Part shown: in pieces, positions 31,590 to 42,199 of the stretch
How the letters are laid out: every line of letters starts with the position of its first letter
Position numbering within the stretch: position 1 is the stretch's first letter
Origin: an uncultured Chloroflexia bacterium
GTDB lineage: Bacteria > Chloroflexota > Limnocylindria > Limnocylindrales > CSP1-4
Direction: 5' to 3'
Length of the DNA: 64,000 nt
Assembly (NCBI GenBank): GCA_963838115.1
Contig: CAWIPU010000006.1
Location: 326,622 to 390,621 of the forward strand
The notes under the pieces: model-generated
Database searches by the model: none
What the model saw: the letters and a program-made list of their open reading frames with translations, nothing else
Told to the model about the DNA's origin: nothing
Program-made: the position numbers and the translations under genes

Positions 31590-31766
31590 GTACGTCGCAG
31601 GGCTGCATATGCACTTGTCCACGGGTTATCCACAGGCTTGGTGGAGAGTCGGCGGCTCGTTCGTGGAGATGCACCTTGCGTGGCCCGTGCGGAAACAACG
31701 AACATCAGGTCGTCCCACCGCACCCACTGATCTCACTGGTCCTATCGCCATCTTCGGAGTCTTCGC

Positions 31767-33131
31767 GTGTCGATCGATCGTTTGCCGCCGCAGTCGATAG
31801 AAGCCGAACAGTCGGTGCTGGGCGCGCTGCTGATCGATAAGGACGCCGTCATCGAGGTCGCGGAGTTGCTCCAAGCGGGGGACTTCTACCGACAACACCA
31901 CGGCACCATCTACGCCGCCGTCCTAGACCTGTACGAGCGCCGGGAGCCGGTCGATATCGTTACGGTCAGCGAAGTCCTGGAGCGACAGGGCCGCCTCGAT
32001 GAGATCGGTGGCGCCGCCTATCTGACCAGCCTCATCAATCTGACGCCAACGGCCGTGAACGCTGTCCACTACGCGCGCATCGTCGAGCGCAAGAGCGTCC
32101 TTCGCAACCTGATCAGCGCGGCCGGCAAGATCGCCGGCCTGGGGTACCAGGAAGATGGAGACATCGGTGAGGTCATCGACCGTGCCGAATCGGAACTCTT
32201 CGCCGTCAGCGAGAAGCGGGTCGAATCGGGCTTCGCACCGCTGAAGTCCCTGTTGCACAGCGCCTACGATCGTCTCGACTACCTGCACCAGCACAAAGGT
32301 GAGATCAGCGGCATCCGCACTGGCTTCGCCGACCTTGACGCGATGACGACCGGCCTACAGAAGTCCGATCTAGTGCTGGTCGCCGCCAGACCGTCCATCG
32401 GCAAGACCAGCCTGGCCCTGAATTTCGCCGAACACGCCGCGGTGAATGAAGGCAAGGTCGTGGGCGTCTTCAGCCTTGAGATGAGCAAGGAGCAACTTGT
32501 GCTTCGTCTTCTCTCATCGGTGGCCAACATCGACTCACAGCGCCTGAGGACCGGCTTTCTCGAGGAGATGGACTTCACGCGACTGGCCCCGGCCATGAAC
32601 AAGCTGGCTGAGGCGCCCATCTTCATCGATGACACGCCCAACATCAGCGCCATGGAGCTACGGACAAAGGCACGCAGGCTGCAAGCCGAATCGGGGCTAG
32701 ACCTGATCCTCGTGGACTACCTGCAGCTGATGCAGTCGAGCGCCACATCTCGGGACGCTAACCGCGTACAGGAAGTCAGCGAGATCTCGCGTAGCCTCAA
32801 GGCCTTGGCGCGCGAGTTGCAGGTGCCCCTGGTCGCCCTCTCGCAGCTGTCACGCCAGACGGAGAACCGCGGTGAGAAAGGGGAACCCCGCCTATCGGAC
32901 CTACGGGAATCTGGCGCTCTCGAGCAAGACGCAGATATGGTCATGTTCCTGTGGCGAGAAAAGGAACGCAGCGCGGACGACCACGATCAGGATGGCGAGA
33001 TCATCAACCTCAGGCTCGCCAAGCATCGAAACGGCCCCACAGGCGACACCAAGTTGTGGTTCAAGAAGCGGCAGACGAGGTTCGTGTCCTACGCTGAGGA
33101 AGATCACTACGCCGCGAGCGCGTACGGGTAG
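31767..33131 (+). CDS. dnaB: Replicative DNA helicase
   Basis: PPQSIEAEQSVLGALL N-terminus, Walker A ARPSIGKTS, and the full DnaB C-terminal RecA-like domain. No intein. Confidence 0.95.
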   Translation: MSIDRLPPQSIEAEQSVLGALLIDKDAVIEVAELLQAGDFYRQHHGTIYAAVLDLYERREPVDIVTVSEVLERQGRLDEIGGAAYLTSLINLTPTAVNAVHYARIVERKSVLRNLISAAGKIAGLGYQEDGDIGEVIDRAESELFAVSEKRVESGFAPLKSLLHSAYDRLDYLHQHKGEISGIRTGFADLDAMTTGLQKSDLVLVAARPSIGKTSLALNFAEHAAVNEGKVVGVFSLEMSKEQLVLRLLSSVANIDSQRLRTGFLEEMDFTRLAPAMNKLAEAPIFIDDTPNISAMELRTKARRLQAESGLDLILVDYLQLMQSSATSRDANRVQEVSEISRSLKALARELQVPLVALSQLSRQTENRGEKGEPRLSDLRESGALEQDADMVMFLWREKERSADDHDQDGEIINLRLAKHRNGPTGDTKLWFKKRQTRFVSYAEEDHYAASAYG

Positions 33132-33177
33132 ACGACTACAATCTTGGCGGTCACACGAGTCGACGAAGAGGAGACCG

Positions 33178-33384
33178 ATGGGCGTCATCATCATCCGCGA
33201 GATGGTCGGCAGCAGCCCCGAGTCATGGAGCGCAGCGGCCGCTGACGCTGTGTCGCGAGCATCGCACACGGTGCGAAACATCCGCCGTGTGGAAGTCGTC
33301 AGGCACACCGCCCGAGTGGATGACGGGCGGATCGCTGATTTTGAAGTCGAGTTGAAGATCTTCTTCGAGTACGAGGGCACCTGA
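33178..33384 (+). CDS. Dodecin-family (flavin-binding) small protein
   Basis: A 68-aa product, MGVIIIREMVGSSPESWSAAAADAV...FEVELKIFFEYE, typical of dodecins. GAGGAG SD. The rest of the listed ORF (from 32872) overlaps dnaB. Confidence 0.7.
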   Translation: MGVIIIREMVGSSPESWSAAAADAVSRASHTVRNIRRVEVVRHTARVDDGRIADFEVELKIFFEYEGT

Positions 33385-33415
33385 CCGGACTTATCCACAC
33401 CACGTTAAGCGTGAA

Positions 33416-36400
33416 GTGAGAGCGCATCCTGATGATGCGTCAATGGCCGCAGCACAGGTGAACTTCGAGCACACCCAGCGCAGCTCCGCATCCGGTGGGG
33501 ACGCTCGGGCGCATTCATCTGGCCTGGCGATCATCGCTAGCAAGATCAGCCCGGCGGTGCAAGAGCGCTCCGTGCTCAGTCGCCCAAGACTCGTCGAATG
33601 GTTCAGCCGCCATGCCGCGGCGCGCCTGGTCCTCATCACGGCAGAGGCAGGCTACGGCAAGTCCACGCTGCTCAACGACTTCGCACTCCAAACGCGCGAC
33701 CGCTGCGCATGGTATCGGATGGAAACGTCTGATGGCGACTGGATCACCTTCCTGAGTCACATGGTGGCCGCCCTCCGCGAGGTCACGCCTGGCTTTGGAG
33801 CAGCCACCGAGGCGCTACTCCGGCACGTCGCTGCGATGGGGCCCTCCAGGGAGGTCGTGGTAGCCCAGTTCCTGGCGGACCTCGGCTCGGTCGACGCGGG
33901 GCGCATCGCCGTGATCCTGGACGACTACCAGTACGTCGAAGGGTCGGGCGACATACGCATGATCCTGAGCCGCATGTTGGAACGCGCTCCTGACCAGATG
34001 TACTTCATTCTGGGAGGTCGTGGAAAGCCCAACCTCACACTCGGTCGACTGATTTCCCAGGGTCGCGTAGCCGAACTCAATACCGACGACCTACGCTTCA
34101 GTCGCCCGGAGATCGAGGAGCTGTTCGCGGTGACATATGGGCAGCCCTTGGACGATGCCACCTGCAGCGTCGTAGCCGAGAGGACCGAGGGTTGGGCCGC
34201 GAGCCTTCAGTTGGTCGCAGCGGCGATCGCCCAGACCCAGCCGGACGAGGTCGCGAGCTTCATTCAGGCACTGAGCGGGGCGAGCGCGCCCATCTACGAC
34301 TTCCTCGCCGAGGAGGTCTTGACCCGCCTGTCACCAGAAACACAGCGCGTCCTGATGCACGCGTCGATGCTCGATCGAGTTCAGCCTGAGTTGGTGCGAG
34401 CCGCGTTGTCGGAGTCGGACGACGGGCAGGAGGCGGAGACCGTCGATGCCGCGCTCAATGACGCCGAGGCCCTCGGGCTGCTTGGGAACAGAAGCGACTC
34501 ACCGGCCAGCGGTCGACGCATCCATCCACTATTCCGCGACTTCCTCCAGGCTCAGCTGGCTGGATCGATGTCTGAGTCGCGCATCCTAGCCATGCATGGC
34601 GCCATCGCAGCGGCGGCGGAATCATCGGACTGGCAGGTTTCGGCGAAGCACTTCGCTCTGGCAGGGATGCCAGAGGATGGCTACCGAGTCCTGAGCTGGG
34701 CCGCCAGTGAGGCGTTGGGCACGGGTGCGTGGGGGGCGGCGGTCGAGGTCGTGGAATTGATGCCGGGCACACCCCCTCCCGTAGCGGTCAAGGTAATCCA
34801 AGCCAGAGCCCTCGTGAGCGACGGGTGGGCGGACGACGCATTCGAGCTCCTCTCGAACGTAGACCGCCGAACCTTGTCGCCAGAGGAACGCGGGCTCGTC
34901 GGCCTCACGTGCGCCGCCATCCATCATATGAACGGCGACGGGGCGAGAGTCGCCGAGGAAGTCGAAGCGATCGCGGCTGACGATCGCGTGCCACCGCCAC
35001 TCCACGAGGTTGCGATCTCGTGGCGCCAGATCCTGGTTGCCAGTGCGGGCGGATGCATCACCGATGCCGTGCATCTGCTCCGACGGCTGGCCATAGACCA
35101 ACGCCGGGCTGGTCTCCACTACTTCGCCGGCGTAACGTTGCACAACCTCGCATATGCCGAGTTGGCCACTGCGGATTATGGACAGGCTACGGGCCTTCGC
35201 TGGCGAGGCGCTAGCCCATCTTGAACAAACCGACGACGGCACGGGCGATTGCGGCATCAACACGGACCATCGGTGCCGTCGCAGTTTCGGAGATAGGGAA
35301 CTTTGAAGAGGGGCTCCGAGCATCGTCTGCCATCGCCAGTGAACCTGGAGCCACAGCAGACGCGATAGCAGATGCGGCCTATCTACATGCCGTGTGTGGT
35401 CGGAACAGCCAAGCTCGCTCGCTGCTCGCCGCGGTTTCAACGGCGGGACGCTCCTTGGGCAAATGGTCTCGCGAGCTTGGTTCGCGCGCCCAAGGTTACT
35501 ACGCGACCATTGCGTTGCAGTTGTGCGAGGGCCAGTTGCCGGCGGCTGCGGCGTATCTGGTGCACCTCAAGCGACTTCAATCAGCTGGCATCGATGCATC
35601 TTCTCGCGTCGCTCTAGTTGCCGCAACAGTGGCTGTTGTGCACAGGGCGCCAGGCGCCGAAAATCTCGTTCGTCTCGCCCTGGACGCAGCGTCAACTCAA
35701 AATGCTTGGAGATGGGAAGCACGAGCTCGCATTCTGGAAGCCGTCGTCAATCGAGATGCGGCCGGCCTAGCGCACTTGATCGCAGCCGCAGAAGAACGGA
35801 CTCAGCGTTGGCGGTCCTCGAGTTGGCGGACGCCATCGCAATCATGATTGGGTCACTCGTCCCGATACCCGATGCCCTTGAGCGATCGATCCTCCGCGAG
35901 CCAGCCCGATGGATCACTGCGCTGCGACGTCAAGTCCAGGACAGACGGAGTGAGGATGCCAGTGCCGCCGCCGCGCTGGTGGCTCGGTTTGGATCTGCGG
36001 ACGACGCCACCCTCCTCCGGGAGTTTGACCGAGCGTGCGAAGGGAAGAGCAAGCGCCGGGGCTTGGCGTCACAACTCATACGTCGGGTCAGCCCAACCGT
36101 TCGTGTTCACGACCTCGGGCTAACGAGCTACGAGGTAGGTAATCGTCTCGTCACCATCACGGAGACACGACGCAAGTCCGCAGCCCTGCTCCTCTACTTG
36201 GTGACCCGGTCAGGCTTGGCTGCGGCTCGAGAGCAGGTGATGGAGGCTTTATGGCCAGACCAGAACCCGAAGTCAGCCATGAACAGCCTTCATCAGACGA
36301 TCTTCTTCCTCCGTAGAGATATCGAGCCGTGGTATGAAGACGGCTCATCGGCAGATTATGTTCGCGTCGAATCGGAGTTGGTCTACCTCGACCAGGACTT

Positions 36401-36836
36401 GTTCCAAATCGATAGCGTGGCCTTTGCTCGGCAGGCAGCCGACATCCTCGCTACCGGGACAACCCTGAAACGCGGCCCCGAACTCTTGCGGCTATACAAA
36501 GGTGGATTTGCTCCGGAATTCGAGTACGAGGAGTGGACGGAAGACTGGAGGGTCCAACTCCACGGAGCCTACTTGCATCTTGCACAGGCGACCTCCCGAG
36601 CCCTCATCACTGAGGGACGCTATCCGGAGGTCGTCGATGTGCTCACGCCAGTCGTAATTCTCGATGCGACTGCGCTGGATCTGCGTTCAACGCTCGTGTC
36701 ATGTTTAGCAGCCATCGGCGCCCATGACGCCGCCCAGGCTCACTACCGCAGCATGGCCGCAGCGCATGAGCGTGACCTTGGCATTCCTGCACGAACATAC
36801 GAGGAGTTGACGAGGAGACCACCCGGCCATGAATGA
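33416..36836 (+). pseudogene. Large STAND/AAA ATPase - helical repeat - winged-helix/BTAD transcriptional regulator, split over three frames (pseudogene or sequencing-error frameshifts)
   Basis: Walker A ITAEAGYGKSTLL, as in MalT/AfsR-like ATPases. The C-terminal segment ...RKSAALLLYLV...EALWPDQNPKSAMNSLHQTIFFLRR... plus a BTAD-like helical region. Frame changes occur near 35195-35240 and 35790-35800, and coding-like sequence continues across each one. Confidence 0.6.
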
Positions 36837-37277
36837 GTAACCCTACGTACTAGTACTTATAGGGGCCAGACAGACCCGTGCCTAGTGTGCGCGGTGATCA
36901 GCCAACAGGCTGAGATCCAACAAGGAGCGTGCACCTTGCACCACTTCGGGGGGCTCGAGAGAGGGGACCTTCGAAGTAGCGGAACCGTGCCGCTCCCCAA
37001 TGCGCCCGCTGTGGCCAGTGCCTCGCGGGGCAAGAAGGGGTATGAAATGAATCCCGTCAATCACGTCAAGCCCTGGTAGCTCAGATGCCTCGCACTTTGC
37101 TGTCGAGGCTCACGCTGCTGTCAACCATCATCGCGACCCTAGCTCATCGCGGGCAGCGCGGGCATTAGACCGATCTGAAGGACCTAGCGCGCTCCCAGTA
37201 CGAATGTTGGATGGGGAGTATGCCGTATCAGTCGTGATACTGGCAGTCTCCCTGTTGGCATTCAGGAGTAGCGCGCC

Positions 37278-38685
37278 TTGTCATCCAACCTTCGGATTGT
37301 TCTGATAGCCGTCACAGTGACGGCTATCGCGCTGCTCGCGGTGACTTGGCATCTATTCCCACCTCACAACTGGCCGCTGTTCCGTTTGCCTTGGTCAACT
37401 TGGAGTTACACGAGCCTCCTATTCTGGATCGCAGTGGCTCTCGTCGCATCGGCGTCACCCGTGCACGTCCCACGCGGAAACGTCGTGAGTGTTGCAGGCG
37501 CTCCAATTGTCGCGGCAGGCATCCTCGGAGGGCCCCTAGCTGCCGCTTTGGTGGCCATCGTCGGAACCTTCGAGTGGCGCGAGTTCCGTGGAGACGTGCC
37601 TTGGTACGGCGTCGTCTATAACCACTCGTTTCCGGTCTTCGCCGCCGTAGCATCAGGCTCCGTCTATCTTCTACGTATCAGACTCCTTCCTTCACGTGAC
37701 TGCACAGCCGGCCGACGTCTATCCGAGTCTGCTTGGAGGCGTTGCGGCAGGCGTCGTATATGTACTGGTCGGGACCGCAATGTCCTCTCTAGCTGTTGCC
37801 CTGCGGGAAGAACGTCGGCTGGTGGTGGTGGTCAAGTCGGAGTTCCGGACGTTCGGATTGACGCTGATCGGCCTGACGCCGATGGCGTGGCTGATGGCGC
37901 TGGCATATCCGGTCGTAGGCCCATGGGTGGCGCTCGTGTTCGCGGTGCCGCTCTACACGACTCGAGCGGCGTTCAAGGTGGTCGTGGACATTCGAGAGAT
38001 GTTCACCCAGACCGTGCGGGCACTCGCGTCGGCCATCGATGCTCGTGATCCCAGCACCAAGAAACACTCCGAGCACGTGTCGGGCATCGCGGTCGAGATC
38101 GGGCAAGCCATGAACCTGAGTGAAACCGAGCTGGAACAGCTCGAATGGGCGGGCCTCCTGCACGACATCGGCAAGATCGGCATCCGGGACGCCGTCCTGT
38201 TGAAGCCAGAGAAGCTGACACGTGAGGAGCGGATGCTGATGAACGAGCATCCAGCGAAAGGCGAGGAAATCCTCAAGGACGTCGATCGACTGGCCGCCGA
38301 GCGCCCCCTCATCCGGCACCACCACGAGTGGTACAACGGCTCAGGGTATCCTGACCGACTGATCGGTGAGGAGATTCCGCTCCTGGCGCGCGTTCTCCAT
38401 GTCGCCGACGCGTTCGAGGCGATGACTGCCTCGCGCCCCTATCGTCCCATTCCCTTGAGCAGCGTCGAGGCCATCGCGGAACTGGACCGTTACGCTGGCA
38501 TCCAGTTCGATCCCAACGTAGTAAAGGCATTCGCGCGGACCAAGACAGCGACGCAGACGACCCAAGATCACGACGACCCAGGTGAGCCAGAACAGTATCT
38601 CGCGCCAGTGCCGACGCTGGGCCAGGTCGCGGCGTCGCGAGCCAAGGGCGCACTGCCTACGAGCTCCGCCTCGGCCGAAACCTAG
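37278..38685 (+). CDS. Membrane-anchored HD-GYP domain protein (putative c-di-GMP phosphodiesterase), frameshift near 37668-37690
   Basis: Multi-TM N-terminal region. HD motif (LLHDIGK) and HHEWYNGSGYP (GYP motif). The N-terminal TM part is in the frame of 37278 and the remainder is in the frame of 37696. Confidence 0.75.
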
Positions 38686-38774
38686 ACGGAGCTCTCCGAG
38701 CACATGGCGGGCTGGTCCCCGCAAAGCCGAGCGCGCCCAATGCCACGCGCAGAACCACACCCGAACGACCGCTG

Positions 38775-40766
38775 ATGCTGCTCATCGCCGTCATCCTAGG
38801 CGTCCTTGCCGGCCTGGCAGCAGGAGGGCGGCTGAGCAACCTCCTGTCGGCCCGCCTCCGCTTCGGTGCGCTCATCGTCGCGGGGCTGTTGCTGCGCATG
38901 GTGACGCAGTGGCTCATCGACCAGGGCGTCGATGTGATCGAACAGTTGCGCCTGCCGCTGTTCGCATTGTCGTTCGGCCTGGTTGTGGTGGCGCTGTGGC
39001 TCAACCGCTCGCAGCCAGGGCTCCTGCTGGCCATGGTCGGTGTCGCTGCCAACGGACTCGCGATCGTCCTGAATGGCGGCTACATGCCGGTATACCTGCC
39101 GGCCGTAGAGCTGGTCGGTCTCAGCGTCGATGATCTCTCTGCCACATTCAACACACCGCTTCCGACCGACATCGGCTGGGAGTTCCTGCTGGCCGGAGGT
39201 CCGCTGGGTGATGTGCTGCCCATCGGCATCCCCTTCCTGCCCAATGTCATCAGCCTGGGTGATGTGTTGCTGGCTGCAGGTATCGCCTGGTTCCTGTTCT
39301 CGGCCGTCGCACATGGTTCAGCCAACCCCGACAGCGGGGTGGTCTCGATGTGGAGTGCGAAGGCGCGGACGGAGGCGAGAGAAGACCCAACACTGACTCG
39401 TGCTGGCCTGGACCGACCCATCGTCATCGGCTCTGGTATGGGTCCCGGGCTCAGCCCGACAAGGCCTGAAGTCACGGTCGGGGCACCACCGCCAGGGCCG
39501 GTCGCGTCTGTCCCGAGTCTCGGTCAACGTGTCCGGGAGCACCCCTACGTGCGCTTGGCACATGATGCACGCTTCTCGGCCTTCTGGCTGGCCGGGACGA
39601 TCAGCCTGTTCGGGGACCGGTTGCACCAGATAGCCTTGGGCGTGATGGTCCTGGCCGTTACCGGTTCGGCCATGCAGACTGGCCTGGTCTTCCTGGCCGC
39701 GACCTTGCCCAATCTGGTACTAGGGCCGATCGCCGGCACCTTCGTCGATCGCTGGGACCAGAAGCGGGTGATGGTCGCCACGGACCTGTTGCGCGCCGCA
39801 CTGGTGCTGACGCTGCCGTTCCTGGCTGAGGTGCACATCTGGCTCATCTACCCAGCCGTCTTCATCATCACCACCATCAGCCTGTTCTTCCGTCCGGCCA
39901 AGGCTGCGATCGTCCCTCGCATCGTGCCACGCGAGGACCTGACCCCGGCCAACGGCGCGATGTGGACGGGTGAGACGATCGCCGACATCGCTGGATACCC
40001 CCTGGCGGGTGTGTTCGTGGCTCTGGTGGGCACCAACCTGGCGTTGGCGTTCTGGATCGACTCGGCCACCTACATCGTCAGCGCCGTGCTGCTCGCCGGA
40101 CTGGTGATCCCACCGGTCGCGCGGTCGGCTGCGACCCATGTCAGTGGCGCGATGGCCGCATTCGTCGCGGAGTTGCGCGATGGATGGCGTTTCCTCCGGG
40201 GCGAGGCGGCGCTGTTCCAGAACACGATCGTTAGCGTGATGGCGCAGCTCTCGATCGGTGCCACGCTGGCATTGATGGTCGTCTATGCGCAGCGATCGCT
40301 CGACGGCGACGTGATCCCATATCCCGAGAACTACGCCATCATCGAGGCAGCCATCGGTGTCGGCAACCTCATCGGAGGGTTCGTCGTCGGCGCCATCGGA
40401 GCGCGACTTCACAAGGGCTGGCTGGTCATCACTGGCTTCGCCGTCATGGGCCTGGCGACCATCGTGCTTGGCCTGACCTCCAATGAGCTGCTGGCGGTCG
40501 TTGCGGCTGTGGTGATCGGCGTCTTCAACCTCGTCTATGTCATCCCCAGTCAGACTCTCTTCGCCGAGCGCACTCCGGCAGGCATGATGGGGCGAGTCGT
40601 GGCCATCCGCTCCAGCATCGTCATGGGTGCGCTAAGTGGGGCGATGGCCGTGAGCGCTGGACTGGCCGATCGTGTCGATGCTGGGGTGATCATCGCCGCG
40701 ACCGGTGTGCTCACCGTCCTATCCGCTGTCGTCGCGGCCTGGCTGCCGGCCGTGCGCGACGCATAG
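38775..40766 (+). CDS. Fusion of a DUF5317-like membrane domain with an MFS transporter
   Basis: The first ~190 aa are small-membrane-protein-like with an NGGYMPV motif, which I recall as typical of DUF5317. After a Pro/Gly linker comes a 12-TM MFS module (FWLAGTISLFGDRLHQIAL..., DRWDQKRVM). Confidence 0.65.
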   Translation: MLLIAVILGVLAGLAAGGRLSNLLSARLRFGALIVAGLLLRMVTQWLIDQGVDVIEQLRLPLFALSFGLVVVALWLNRSQPGLLLAMVGVAANGLAIVLNGGYMPVYLPAVELVGLSVDDLSATFNTPLPTDIGWEFLLAGGPLGDVLPIGIPFLPNVISLGDVLLAAGIAWFLFSAVAHGSANPDSGVVSMWSAKARTEAREDPTLTRAGLDRPIVIGSGMGPGLSPTRPEVTVGAPPPGPVASVPSLGQRVREHPYVRLAHDARFSAFWLAGTISLFGDRLHQIALGVMVLAVTGSAMQTGLVFLAATLPNLVLGPIAGTFVDRWDQKRVMVATDLLRAALVLTLPFLAEVHIWLIYPAVFIITTISLFFRPAKAAIVPRIVPREDLTPANGAMWTGETIADIAGYPLAGVFVALVGTNLALAFWIDSATYIVSAVLLAGLVIPPVARSAATHVSGAMAAFVAELRDGWRFLRGEAALFQNTIVSVMAQLSIGATLALMVVYAQRSLDGDVIPYPENYAIIEAAIGVGNLIGGFVVGAIGARLHKGWLVITGFAVMGLATIVLGLTSNELLAVVAAVVIGVFNLVYVIPSQTLFAERTPAGMMGRVVAIRSSIVMGALSGAMAVSAGLADRVDAGVIIAATGVLTVLSAVVAAWLPAVRDA

Positions 40767-40874
40767 TCAACGGAGCGCGATGCCTTCACACGGGGGCCGA
40801 CGCATCCCTCAGGCAAGAGCGGCCTGTGCCCGCGATAATCAGTGCCACGCAAGGACGAGGGAGAGCTCAGCCGC

Positions 40875-41459
40875 ATGACTGACCAGCACGAACCGAAAGA
40901 CGCCATCTCCGAGGATCCGCCGGTCGAGGAGGCCGAGCCGGTCGAGGCTACTGCGCCGGAAGCTGCTGAGCCCGAGGTGGCTGCGCCAGCCCCACCGACG
41001 AGTGGGTCTAAGCCGACCGTGGAAAGCTCCAGGAAGCCGGCCGCGAAGAACTCGTCGAAGCCAGCCGCGAAAGATCCCCAGAGCCCCGACGAGCTGCCCT
41101 ACATCGACGATCCGGCAAGCAAGTGGTGGATCGCGCTCATCGCGGCGGTGTTCGTGCTCATCTTCGCCGGGGCGATCCTGCTCGGCTCGGGCGGCCTGTT
41201 CGACTCCGGTGACACGACCCCGTTGCCGGAGGCCACACTGGCCGCTTCCGTGGGGCCAGCGGTGACAGCAGCGCCGAGCGTATCGCCGGCGGGCACAGTC
41301 GTACCGTCGGCCACGGATACGCCAGCTCCCGCGGCCACGGCCGAACCGACCGTCAAGCCGCAGCCCACCCCGTCGCCGACGCTTGAACCGACGGCCCAGC
41401 CTGTTGGATCGATCGTGCCCGACGCCAGCGAAACACCCGTCGACAGCCCGGGTAGCTGA
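40875..41459 (+). CDS. Pro/Ala/Glu-rich single-pass membrane protein (hypothetical)
   Basis: Acidic N-terminus MTDQHEPKD..., TM helix WWIALIAAVFVLIFAGAILLG, then a Pro/Thr/Ala-rich extracytoplasmic tail. The ORF maximum starts at 40842. Confidence 0.5.
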   Translation: MTDQHEPKDAISEDPPVEEAEPVEATAPEAAEPEVAAPAPPTSGSKPTVESSRKPAAKNSSKPAAKDPQSPDELPYIDDPASKWWIALIAAVFVLIFAGAILLGSGGLFDSGDTTPLPEATLAASVGPAVTAAPSVSPAGTVVPSATDTPAPAATAEPTVKPQPTPSPTLEPTAQPVGSIVPDASETPVDSPGS

Positions 41460-41468
41460 CACCATGGG

Positions 41469-42165
41469 GTGAACCGGAAGCCTGGCGGACCGCCCTCGAC
41501 CGACCCCTTCGCGGCCGAACGTACGGCCATGTTGCGCGACCAGCTGGAGGCGCGTGGCATCCACGACCCTGCCACGCTCAATGCCATGGCGACCGTGCCC
41601 CGGGAAGCCTTCGTGTCGGAGGACCAGATCGGCGACGCATACGCTGACGGCGCCATGCCCATCGGACGTGGGCAGACTATCTCGCAGCCGTACATCGTGG
41701 GCCGCATGACCGCCCTACTGGCGCTAGCCGCGCACGGCTGGCCCTGGAACGACGCTCCTCCGTCCGTCCTTGATGTCGGGACCGGCTCGGGATACCAAGC
41801 AGCGGTGCTAGCGCAGACAGGCGCCCGGGTCGATCTCGATCGAGCGCGATCCAGACCTGGCTGAGGCCGCACGTGAGCGCCTGGCGCGACTTGGCTTTGA
41901 GGTCGAGGTGGTCGTCGGCGATGGAAGTGCCGGCTATCCACCGGCTGCGCCCTACGCCGGCATCGTGGTGGCTGCGGCTAGCCCGCGGGTGCCGGGCCCG
42001 CTGGTGGAGCAGCTGGCGGACGGAGCTCGCTTGGTGGTGCCGGTGGGGTCGCGACGGTCACAGCGTCTCACGGTGGTGCACAGGAGTGGCCAGCGCACGT
42101 CCACGACGGTCTCGGACGGCTGCGTCTTCGTGCCACTCTTGGGCACCTACGGCCATCCCGACTGA
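41469..42165 (+). CDS. pcm: Protein-L-isoaspartate O-methyltransferase, frameshift near 41826-41832
   Basis: TISQPYIVGRM and the SAM-binding VLDVGTGSGYQAAVLA are in the first frame. ...SIERDPDLAEAARERLARLGFEVEVVVGDGSAGYP...VVPVG continues in the frame of 41908. The shift sits at a CCCGGG run. Confidence 0.8.
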
Positions 42166-42199
42166 TCGGTCCGTCGGGCCGGTGCTATCCTCGCCCGCG

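Noticed and set aside
37066-37085. tRNA-like sequence GCCCTGGTAGCTCAG.
   Set aside because: Only the first ~15 nt resemble a tRNA. No D-stem partner, anticodon arm or T-arm (GGTTCGAATCC-like) follows. I found no convincing tRNA on either strand in the window.
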